A stretch of 62,344 nucleotides of DNA, taken from the IMG/VR virus record IMGVR_UViG_3300030397_000356, positions 1 to 62,344 of that record. One strand, 5' to 3'. Shown one piece after another: positions 40,461 to 49,055 of the stretch. Below the pieces are notes generated by a model. That model did not search any database and was not told the DNA's origin. It was given only the letters and a program-made list of their open reading frames with translations. Source of the DNA: a virus. Its lineage: Duplodnaviria; Caudoviricetes. The position numbers and the translations under genes are program-made. Numbering within the stretch: the stretch's first letter is position 1; every line of letters starts with the position of its first letter.

Positions 40461-40466
40461 TTCGTT

Positions 40467-40883
40467 ATGTCTAAAAAATCACAGTACATTTCTTCTACAA
40501 ATCGTTCAAAGCATTATCTCAAGTGCCATCTTATTTTTGTCTGCAAGTACCGTAAAAAGTTGCTTGTTGGTCAGTTAAAAGATGATATGCGTTCTATTCT
40601 TTTAAACATTACTTCTAATTCAGATTTTGAAATTGAAGTCTTTGAATCTGATTTAGACCACATTCACTTTCTTATTCGCTACATTCCTCGTTTATCCATT
40701 ACTTCAATAGTTCGTAAGTTAAAACAAGAATCTGCCTATCACATTTGGCGTTCATCTCACAGGTCATTCTTATTTAAACATTTTTGGAAAGAACACACTT
40801 TTTGGTCAGATGGTTATTTCGTTTGCTCAATTGGTGAGGCTTCTCCTGATACCATTCGTGAGTATATTCTCAATCAGGGCTAG
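40467..40883 (+). CDS. tnpA: IS200-family Y1 (HUH) transposase TnpA
   Basis: HLIFVCKYR, DHIH (HUH), FWSDGYF, IREYILNQ (catalytic Tyr). Confidence 0.96.
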   Translation: MSKKSQYISSTNRSKHYLKCHLIFVCKYRKKLLVGQLKDDMRSILLNITSNSDFEIEVFESDLDHIHFLIRYIPRLSITSIVRKLKQESAYHIWRSSHRSFLFKHFWKEHTFWSDGYFVCSIGEASPDTIREYILNQG

Positions 40884-40931
40884 TCGCTTACATCCCACAA
40901 ACTAAAGATTTGTGGGTTTTACGCTCCGTTT

Positions 40932-40939
40932 TATAAATA
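40932..40939 (+). promoter_or_regulatory. Late promoter TATAAATA for the neck gene, spanning the IS junction
   Basis: Exact consensus ending 25 nt upstream of ATG 40965. Confidence 0.75.
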
Positions 40940-40964
40940 CTTCAGAAGAAAGAAAGCTTTTCTA

Positions 40965-43900
40965 ATGGGAATATTTGACTCTTTTAATGATACCCCGAGT
41001 CAGATAAAGTTTGAAGGTCAAGAAATTGATCTAAAATTTATCAGGCTAGACGATAACACAGGAAAACTCACTTGGAATATACCACCGTCTATAGACGGGT
41101 GTTCTGGTGATGGTGTTTATGATGGGATAGTTTTAACAGTTAGTAGAAAACCAGCCGACTATCAAACCACGTCGCCTAAAGATGGACAATATTACATAGG
41201 AGATCCGACTGTTGATCCAGATTTACATTCTGGGAGCAAGATCACAGATGACGTTCTAGTTGTTGGAGCGTTTTATAATGACAGAGAAACTACAGAGTTA
41301 GAAATTACCGATTTACAGCCTAGAACAGCCTACTATTTTTCAGCCTATGCTGTTGATAACGTGGCTAGATATCACAGAGAAGGAGTGCATTCATATTCTT
41401 TACCGACTGGTCCAGAAGAAGGTCCAGAGGATGAAGAAACCAGTGCAGAACAAGCTATAAAGCTAGAGGATGAAATAAGATTAACACAATCAACCGGACT
41501 CAATGCGGACAGTGTTTATGATTTGAAATTGAACATCAATGATTGCGAGTACACTATTGAAATACTGGGGAGTAGTGCTCGAACATATGAATCTTTGATA
41601 AAATCCATCAACAAACAGTTGACTTTTTTGGAGGATGGTATATATCAAAGCCCTACATATCCATATAATGAAACTGTTTGGACCGACGGCACATCTTTTT
41701 ATTTTTGGGATGGACAAAACAAGACAACCTTAGATGTCATTAAAAATGATATAGCACCAAATTTGCTTCCATCTGACACGCTTTGGTATGACACGGACGA
41801 TAAGATATTGTATCGCTATAACGGCCCTCTCGTTAGTGCCGGGACCGAATGGTCAGAGCTTGAACATATAACTTACCAGTTTGATATAACAAAGCCTAAA
41901 TCCGGACAAATATGGTTTAATCCTGCGACCGGTGTTGCTAGAATAAGAAAAAACAAAACATGGTGTAAAATTAATGCGGTGGTTTCATCAAGAAATCCTT
42001 TACTTCCTCAAATAGACACGGACGAGTGCGCTTATTGGTACAACACCGAGACTGGCTCTCTAAGCATGTTGAACATTGACTCAAAAACATGGGAAGATAT
42101 TGACGCAATATACTTTAACAAAGATCCTAACGATTTTGATGTTGGAGATTATTGGTACAATGACCAAGAGGATAAACTTTACGTTTTGCAGTCTGGATTA
42201 GATTGGTTTCACGTGAAACACCTGCTAGTAGAAGAAGTTGACTCTTCACTTACTCAAAGATTGATATATCGATTTGTAAAAGATGAAAGAAATCTGTACG
42301 TGTGGAACACATCACTGAATGTATGGGATAGAACCCCGGTTATTATTAATAATGTTGATCCAAATGCTGATGATTCAGTACAAGATGCCACTTTGGGAGA
42401 TTTTTGGTTTGATGACGAAGACGAGATACTATATCGACTTGAGTCTAGTGGATGGGTTAAGAAAGATAATGTTGTAGTTGAAGAGACCAATTCATACATT
42501 GATTCACCATATGACATAAGATATGCTAAAGACTCTCAACGACTGTATGAGTGGTCTTCAATAACGCTTTCGTGGGAAGAGCTTCCAGTGGCTGTTTTTC
42601 CTTCAGATCCGAGAGACAGGGAGTCTTGCCAATATTGGTGGGACTCAATTTCGGACAAGCTGTTCATATGGGACGATCTGAATGGAGAGTGGGTTGAGGT
42701 TGATTTGTTTTTACAACAGAGCACGGACCCTCTAGCTCCCCAAAAACTTCCAGAAAACACAATATGGTATAATCCGGAAACAGGATCTGTCTTGAAAATT
42801 CTCTCAACCTCGTGTGAAGAAGTCGAGGCTGTAGTTGAGGAATTTGACCCAACTAATCCTCCACCGGATCTTTATTGGCTTTTCGATGGAAAATTCTTTT
42901 TGTATTCTGAAAGTCTTGGAGAGTGGGTAGAAGTATCAAACCAACCGATATTCTCAGACACTGACCCTACAATCGTAAACGTGGGAACGTACTGGTTCAG
43001 CCAGACGATATCAAAACTGTTTAGATGGGATGGGGCCAATTGGGTCGAAGTCCAATTTCAACTGAAAGACCCTAAACCAGATGAAGGCTTTTTGTGGTAT
43101 AACACTGTTAGCGAGAAGTTGTATCGTTGGAACATCGACAAATGGGTGGAGGAACTTCCGATTGCTTATGTAGAATTCGTTAAAGGGTCTAAATGCGGCG
43201 AAAAACACGATAAGTTTGTGTTCAAAACGCGAAAAAAGGGATGCGATGCCATCATAGAAATAATGCGCTCAAACAACAATGTGTTTGGGGAGATAAACGT
43301 CCCCGTGCGTTATTGCCTTTCAAGGCCGGGACAGGATATACAGCGCAAAGGGCCTATGCATTCTGTCATTGGAGTCGGAGACGACGGTAGTCCTGACGAG
43401 CGAAGAGATTTACACAGACGTATACGAGAGTTACTAGGAGAGCCATCCACCAAAGTTGAATTAACGAAGCGTCAAATCGACACATGTATCGACAATGCGA
43501 TACAAATGTTACGCAAATATTCCGGATATGCTTACACTAGAGGACTGTTTTTTCTAGACTTGCGTAGAAATCAACAGACTTATGAACTAGTTGACAAATG
43601 CGTTGGCTTCAATAAGATTGTAAAGGTTTATAATGTCTATAAGTCTAGAAAGCATTTTTGGACTGGATCGAGCATCAATAATGATATCTTAGGCTATGCC
43701 GCACTACAACAGCTTTATCATATGGGCAAATTTGATATCTTAAGCTACCATCTGGTTTCTTCATATCTCGAAGAGTTGGAACATATTTTTGCTTCAAAGC
43801 TACGTTTTCAATGGAGCGAGTATAGTAGAGAGTTGAAGTTTTACAACAGTATTGATGTAGACCAAAGAGTTTTGGTTGATGCTTCTTTAGAGCGACCAGA

Positions 43901-44156
43901 ACAACAGTTAATTACTGATCGGAATACTTCGATGTGGCTGCAAAAATGGGCATTGGCCGAAGCGAAAATGATGCTATCTCAGGGACGTGGAAAATATCAA
44001 TCTTTGCCCGGACCTTCTGGCAGCACTGTGTTAAACGCGCAAGAGCTTATTACACAATCCGAAGCGGAAAAGGCGGCATTACTAGAAGAATTATATGACG
44101 TGTCAATGTGGGCCGGGGAAGAAGTAGGGCAAGACGTTTATTTTGTTATGGGGTAA
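40965..44156 (+). CDS. gp13: Neck protein gp13-like with large N-terminal repeat extension
   Basis: C-terminal RELLGEPSTKVELTKRQIDTCID...WLQKWALAEAKMMLSQGRGKYQSLPGP; N-terminal FN3-like segment and Trp-rich repeats. Confidence 0.85.
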   Translation: MGIFDSFNDTPSQIKFEGQEIDLKFIRLDDNTGKLTWNIPPSIDGCSGDGVYDGIVLTVSRKPADYQTTSPKDGQYYIGDPTVDPDLHSGSKITDDVLVVGAFYNDRETTELEITDLQPRTAYYFSAYAVDNVARYHREGVHSYSLPTGPEEGPEDEETSAEQAIKLEDEIRLTQSTGLNADSVYDLKLNINDCEYTIEILGSSARTYESLIKSINKQLTFLEDGIYQSPTYPYNETVWTDGTSFYFWDGQNKTTLDVIKNDIAPNLLPSDTLWYDTDDKILYRYNGPLVSAGTEWSELEHITYQFDITKPKSGQIWFNPATGVARIRKNKTWCKINAVVSSRNPLLPQIDTDECAYWYNTETGSLSMLNIDSKTWEDIDAIYFNKDPNDFDVGDYWYNDQEDKLYVLQSGLDWFHVKHLLVEEVDSSLTQRLIYRFVKDERNLYVWNTSLNVWDRTPVIINNVDPNADDSVQDATLGDFWFDDEDEILYRLESSGWVKKDNVVVEETNSYIDSPYDIRYAKDSQRLYEWSSITLSWEELPVAVFPSDPRDRESCQYWWDSISDKLFIWDDLNGEWVEVDLFLQQSTDPLAPQKLPENTIWYNPETGSVLKILSTSCEEVEAVVEEFDPTNPPPDLYWLFDGKFFLYSESLGEWVEVSNQPIFSDTDPTIVNVGTYWFSQTISKLFRWDGANWVEVQFQLKDPKPDEGFLWYNTVSEKLYRWNIDKWVEELPIAYVEFVKGSKCGEKHDKFVFKTRKKGCDAIIEIMRSNNNVFGEINVPVRYCLSRPGQDIQRKGPMHSVIGVGDDGSPDERRDLHRRIRELLGEPSTKVELTKRQIDTCIDNAIQMLRKYSGYAYTRGLFFLDLRRNQQTYELVDKCVGFNKIVKVYNVYKSRKHFWTGSSINNDILGYAALQQLYHMGKFDILSYHLVSSYLEELEHIFASKLRFQWSEYSRELKFYNSIDVDQRVLVDASLERPEQQLITDRNTSMWLQKWALAEAKMMLSQGRGKYQSLPGPSGSTVLNAQELITQSEAEKAALLEELYDVSMWAGEEVGQDVYFVMG

Positions 44157-44159
44157 TTT

Positions 44160-45890
44160 ATGGCGACTGATGATAAAAAAATTGTTGACTGTTACCCCAA
44201 AAAAGATGAAATAAAAGATTGTCCTGACGGGGGAGTCGTTTTTGCTGAAGATGGAGACGGGACGCAGGGGTCTACGAACTTTTCATGTAAAGACACTTTG
44301 AGAGGGACTAAGTGTCCAGATAGGAAAGCGTGCTACCCTTGGCAAATAACTAAATTTGACTCCGAAGTTTGCACTATCGATAGCTATATAGAGGAATCTC
44401 TTGCTATTGGGGGTGCTGATATAAACGTTTACAAAATGCTTGGAATATATGAACAAGACAAATTAGTCGATCAGGTCGGAATAGGCGAAGCCATATCCGG
44501 AGGTGACCATCCCAACTTTCCAGCAGATGACGCATTCAATGCTTATGATACTGAATGGAGATCGCTACAAACTGGAAAAGATGTTGTAAAAAAGGCGTGG
44601 ATAGGATACGACTTCGGGCCTATCAGGCTGGACAACGGAAGAATCCGGTATGCTATTGAGACTTATGTTAAAAAAAATATTTCAACGATCCGTATAAAGC
44701 AAGGATGCGATCCGAAAAGCAGGGCTACTAAGATTAGAATAGAGCGTTCACCAGACGGAAAAAAATGGTTTGGCGTGTCTTTAGTAAAAGTTCCCTCTTG
44801 TGAGGGGCTCGTCACGATACATTTCAGGTCATCCGTTCCATCCAGATACTGGAGATTGCGTCCGGTAGAATTCGCCGGGGGAGAGACAGATTATTGGTCA
44901 GTCAAAGCAATACAACTTGCAGAGCATGAAGTGACAGACGTAGAAAACATACAAGACAAGATATTACTTGAAAATCGGGACAGGGAATATTCAAAAGAAC
45001 CTGTAACTATAAAAGGAACATATTCGCCGGTAGATTATGCGGGGTTTTTGGCTAAGATGGGATTTAATTCGGGCTTTTATAATGGTGAGCAATACATGAT
45101 TGAGGTCTCTTTCACATCAGTCATCCGATCTTTGGGGAGGCCCCTCGTTATTGGCGACATTATACAGCTTCCTAGCGAGACGTATTATGACGCAAAAATG
45201 GGCGCGACTCTAAAATATTTAGAAGTTACTAATGTGTCGTGGTCTTCTACCGGCTTCACACCACAATGGGTTCCAACGACATTACGAGTTATAGCGGAAC
45301 CGGCGGTCTCGTCTCAAGAAACACAAGACATTTTTGGAAAACTGACTGAAGATTCCGATGATCTTGGGACAGTAGATATTAACGACGGCAACAAAAAACC
45401 ATATCAAGATGTTCATCATATAGACCAAAACATAGAGGCGGAAGCAAATACACAAGTCCCTCAACGAGGCCACGACTATGCTAACGTACAACACCCTAGC
45501 AATAAACTAAAAGCGTGGATACAAAAAAACATACCAAACTACGACCCAGAAAAACTGGACCCTTTAATCCACCGATGGGGTATGGACGCCCTCCCTCCAA
45601 ATGGTGAGCCTTATACTGAAGGAGACACTTTTCCGGCCAACCCAAAAGATGGACAATATCATCGAAAAACGTATAATGATATTGACATCAATTTGGCCCC
45701 AAGGCTTTACAGGTATTCGTCAAAGAAAAAAAGATGGCTATATCTTTCAACTGATGTTCGCTATAAGCTGCGCCAAACCAAGCCGGTATTGACAGATTTC
45801 TTACAACCAGAAACCGGAGACACTAGTATAGATCCTCGAACAGATGTGGATAAAATTGAAGAAAAGATCAGAGAAGATCTTAAGAAGTGA
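44160..45890 (+). CDS. gp14: Neck/head-closure protein gp14-like with inserted discoidin (F5/8 type C)-like domain
   Basis: IQDKILLENRDREY...LAKMG...LGRPLVIGDIIQLP; insert AFNAYDTEW...WIGYDFG...IERSPDGKKW...SRYWRL. Confidence 0.75.
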   Translation: MATDDKKIVDCYPKKDEIKDCPDGGVVFAEDGDGTQGSTNFSCKDTLRGTKCPDRKACYPWQITKFDSEVCTIDSYIEESLAIGGADINVYKMLGIYEQDKLVDQVGIGEAISGGDHPNFPADDAFNAYDTEWRSLQTGKDVVKKAWIGYDFGPIRLDNGRIRYAIETYVKKNISTIRIKQGCDPKSRATKIRIERSPDGKKWFGVSLVKVPSCEGLVTIHFRSSVPSRYWRLRPVEFAGGETDYWSVKAIQLAEHEVTDVENIQDKILLENRDREYSKEPVTIKGTYSPVDYAGFLAKMGFNSGFYNGEQYMIEVSFTSVIRSLGRPLVIGDIIQLPSETYYDAKMGATLKYLEVTNVSWSSTGFTPQWVPTTLRVIAEPAVSSQETQDIFGKLTEDSDDLGTVDINDGNKKPYQDVHHIDQNIEAEANTQVPQRGHDYANVQHPSNKLKAWIQKNIPNYDPEKLDPLIHRWGMDALPPNGEPYTEGDTFPANPKDGQYHRKTYNDIDINLAPRLYRYSSKKKRWLYLSTDVRYKLRQTKPVLTDFLQPETGDTSIDPRTDVDKIEEKIREDLKK

Positions 45891-46000
45891 AAAATCGGTT
45901 CTGGAGTAAAGATTCCGAGTATAGAATACTATTTTAATGACAATTTTGGATTGTTTTGGTTCCAGCCTCACTGGTTGCCGTGTCAAAGAGTGCGAAAGTG

Positions 46001-46029
46001 TTGACATAAAGAAAACGAAAGAGTATAAT
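46001..46029 (+). promoter_or_regulatory. Consensus sigma70 (early) promoter
   Basis: TTGACA-17 nt-TATAAT. Confidence 0.9.
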
Positions 46030-46131
46030 TACTCCAACTCAAACTTCAGGAGAGGAAATGGGTCTAGCAACGGCAGCCCAAATTTACTGAAAAGTTGATA
46101 ATTTAATTAATTTTAATGAAAGGAGATTAAG

Positions 46132-46461
46132 ATGAAAGTGATTGATTGTTTCGAGTGGCTAAAGAACATCATTGGTGATTGTGGGTTTGTGAGTTCTGAA
46201 TTCCCAGAGAGCGAATGCACGAATCCTAGTGAAAAGGAAGAGGGCGTTTTCGATGGAGAGCGAGAGTATCTGTGTATCATCGCAGACCAGCGCTTTCCGA
46301 GAACGTTCCGCATGGAAGTCATGAAGCCTTACGTGTATAAGAACGCCGACGGCACTTTTTTTGGTTGGACAGGTGTTGATTTTGATTCCATTATTTCGTT
46401 TTGGAAAAACCCTGTTCACTCACTAGACGATGAGTTTGTGGTCGCGTGGAAGCCAATCTAG
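46132..46461 (+). CDS. Hypothetical early/accessory protein
   Basis: AAGGAG RBS; 109 aa; downstream of the sigma70 promoter. Confidence 0.75.
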   Translation: MKVIDCFEWLKNIIGDCGFVSSEFPESECTNPSEKEEGVFDGEREYLCIIADQRFPRTFRMEVMKPYVYKNADGTFFGWTGVDFDSIISFWKNPVHSLDDEFVVAWKPI

Positions 46462-46623
46462 AGGCATCATGTTTTGTTATTTCTAGTATCTCTTGTCATG
46501 CGCTCTTTTCGTGAAGGCTGAGTCTGCATTGACAGGCTTCTTGCAACCAGAAACTGAAGACACTAACATAGATCCTCTGACAGATGAAGATTTTAAGAAG
46601 TAAAAATAGGTTCTGGAGAGTGA

Positions 46624-48150
46624 ATGAATAGTAAAAAACAGCGTCATATAATTAATAACTTGTTAAATTCACCGGACCTTTTGGGCCGGTGTATTGGTAT
46701 ATTAAAACCGGAATATTTTGATCCTGAATACATATCGCACATCACGTTTTTACTGGATTACCACCACACTCATAATGCCAATCCTAGTGTGAAGCTAATG
46801 AATGCGGAAGTGGACCCTGAAGAACCTTATGAAGAATATCATATTACTACAGACGAACTAGACTATACCGCCCAAGAGGTTGAATCTTTTGCACGTCAAT
46901 CAGCAATGCGTGAGGCGATCAGTGAGAGTTATGATTTGATACAGAAGAACGATTTCGGGTCGGTGTACAAGAAGGTTTCAGAAGCCCTGAGCGTTTCTTT
47001 GGCTAGAGATTTAGGATTAGACGTTTTTGATAATCCGGAAGAAAAGCTGAAGAAAATGGTAGAGGAGCTAGACTATATTTCTTGTGGAATTAAAACATGG
47101 GATGAGTTGATGGGAGGAGGCAATCTTCGTAAGCAATTGCAGGTCGTGTCTGCTAACTCTGGAGGCGGGAAATCGGTATGCCTAAGCAATATTGCTAACA
47201 ACTATGTGATGCAGGGTTTAGATGTTCTATATGTGTCTTTAGAACTTCCGCCAGAGATGATATTTTTAAGACAAGCGTTCATTATGACATATTGTTCGCA
47301 TAGAGTGTGGAAATCAAAAATTTTTGAGATAGCTGAAAAAATTAAACACCTGAAAGAGCTTGGCGCTGGAGATTTTAGAATAATAAGAATGGCTGGCGGC
47401 AGTAATGCTAATGACATAAGGGCTTTTATCAAACACTACGAGATAGAGATGGGCAAGCCCCCAGATGTGTTGATTATAGACTATATGGATTTGATGACAC
47501 CGAACGATAAAATACACATGAAACGTGGGGTGTCTGAAGAAGATAGGGCTAAGTCGAAAGACATATATGAGCTATTGCACGTATACAACATGATTGGATG
47601 GACGGCTAGCCAGCAAAACAGAAAAGCCCTAGAAATGGATAAACCCTCACATGCCGCTATTGCTGGAGGTATGAGCAAGATTGATATATGTGACAACTGG
47701 TTGTCAGTATATGCTTCTTCAGAAATGAGACTAGAGGGAGAAATGTTAACCTATGCGCTAAAAACCAGATGGGGCGACGGATGCGGTAAAAAATGTCTAG
47801 TCGCGTTTGATTCTGAAACGCTGAAGATATCTGATCATACATCTCCGGGCAAATATGAAGACGTGATTCAGAAAATCAAAAACAGGGCGAACAAAAAAAC
47901 TGGAGAAGATGCTAAAGGTGAGAGTATATTGAATGCCTTAGTCGAGAATGGACATATTACCGCCCCCAAAGAAAATGTCCAAGATGTTATATTTAACAAG
48001 AAGATAGACGCTCTTCGGGACAAGGTAGTAGATTTTTCAGGAGAAGATGAGCCGTTAGAGTCATCATCTGACCAGAGTGAGGAAGAATCTGAAAATAGTT
48101 TTGGACGCGAGCTAGATTTGTTAGACTTTAGAAAAGGATTTATGCGATGA
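46624..48150 (+). CDS. gp41: Replicative helicase gp41 (DnaB-like)
   Basis: ANSGGGKS Walker A, YVSLEL, IIDYMDLM, WTASQQNR, LKTR. Confidence 0.92.
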   Translation: MNSKKQRHIINNLLNSPDLLGRCIGILKPEYFDPEYISHITFLLDYHHTHNANPSVKLMNAEVDPEEPYEEYHITTDELDYTAQEVESFARQSAMREAISESYDLIQKNDFGSVYKKVSEALSVSLARDLGLDVFDNPEEKLKKMVEELDYISCGIKTWDELMGGGNLRKQLQVVSANSGGGKSVCLSNIANNYVMQGLDVLYVSLELPPEMIFLRQAFIMTYCSHRVWKSKIFEIAEKIKHLKELGAGDFRIIRMAGGSNANDIRAFIKHYEIEMGKPPDVLIIDYMDLMTPNDKIHMKRGVSEEDRAKSKDIYELLHVYNMIGWTASQQNRKALEMDKPSHAAIAGGMSKIDICDNWLSVYASSEMRLEGEMLTYALKTRWGDGCGKKCLVAFDSETLKISDHTSPGKYEDVIQKIKNRANKKTGEDAKGESILNALVENGHITAPKENVQDVIFNKKIDALRDKVVDFSGEDEPLESSSDQSEEESENSFGRELDLLDFRKGFMR

Positions 48151-48389
48151 AAAGATTTACATTTCATACCAATATATGGAAAGTTAAAGATAGGGTAGTT
48201 TTAAGAGAAGAATTGCCTACTGAAATACAGAAACATGTCGAATTGTATGATAGGATGAAAGAAGATTTGGCTGATATACAATACAAACAACAGATATATT
48301 CGATGGCATTAGCAGTTAAGAAAAGCCAAATCGACAATATGGTAAAAAAGCAGCTAGAATCTTCTCATGAGCGAGATGAGGATAAATAG
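48147..48389 (+). CDS. Hypothetical protein
   Basis: ATGA overlap with the gp41 stop. Confidence 0.65.
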   Translation: MKRFTFHTNIWKVKDRVVLREELPTEIQKHVELYDRMKEDLADIQYKQQIYSMALAVKKSQIDNMVKKQLESSHERDEDK

Positions 48390-48412
48390 TTAAGTACCTG
48401 CCATTATAGATA

Positions 48413-48973
48413 ATGAGAAACAACGACGACCCAAATAAATCTGATTCCGAATTAGAAGAAGAAAGCGTTAAGATAGTTAAAGAACGGAGAGGGCACGCCC
48501 TTGAAAAATTTTTTAACGTTCCAGAAGGCTCTACAGAAACGGAGAAGGTGTCTGTTTCATATCCAGTAAAGCGCCACGAACTTTATGACGATAAAGATTC
48601 GGAAATTGAAAAAGAGTTCCATACAATTTTTGAAAAGTCGATGGAAGGATATGAGTCTCTTGCCATATTGCTGGACAGTGTTGATCCAAGATACAGGGGC
48701 CGTTTGGCAGAAATCGCTGCCTCTTACCTCAACACAGCGTTAAACGCTGTTTCTAAAAAGGCCGCCCAAAAAGAAGCTATTCAAACGATGAAATTAAAGG
48801 AAAACACTGCTCAAAATAAAACAAAAGTTGCGGGCAGCACAACCAACATCGCTTTCGTGGGGGACCATAACAGTGCATTGAAAATACTCAAAATGATTAA
48901 AAATCGAGAAAAAATAGAAACTATAGATGCAGATGTTATAGAGTTTAATGACGAAGAAGATGCCCAAGAATAA
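48413..48973 (+). CDS. gp16: Terminase small subunit gp16-like
   Basis: Helical core (DPRYRGRLAEIAASYL) and TTNIAFVGD C-terminal strand; GATAAATA at 48381-48388; near gp17. Confidence 0.65.
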   Translation: MRNNDDPNKSDSELEEESVKIVKERRGHALEKFFNVPEGSTETEKVSVSYPVKRHELYDDKDSEIEKEFHTIFEKSMEGYESLAILLDSVDPRYRGRLAEIAASYLNTALNAVSKKAAQKEAIQTMKLKENTAQNKTKVAGSTTNIAFVGDHNSALKILKMIKNREKIETIDADVIEFNDEEDAQE

Positions 48974-49055
48974 GATATACAATAATCAAGAGGTATTGTC
49001 ATAAATCTACTAAGACGATATAATTAGCCTAACAAACAAAGCGGAGGAGCGCGGT

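Larger units (their letters stand above)
38398..40932 (-). mobile_element. IS200/IS605-family element (divergent tnpA and tnpB) carrying an HNH endonuclease insert
   Basis: Matching subterminal hairpins on - strand: CCCACAAA-TCTTTAG-TTTGTGGG (left end) and CCCATTTG-TCTTTAG-CAAATGGG (right end); right end terminates ...GTAGTTCAC; TTTAT precedes the left end; no target duplication. Confidence 0.9.
45788..46618 (+). repeat. Imperfect direct repeats (45788-45906 and 46528-46618) bracketing an accessory cassette
   Basis: ATTGACAG..TTCTT.CAACCAGAAAC.G.AGACACTA..ATAGATCCTC..ACAGATG...AAGAT.TTAAGAAGT...GGTTCTGGAG in both; copy 2 has an internal deletion. Confidence 0.85.
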
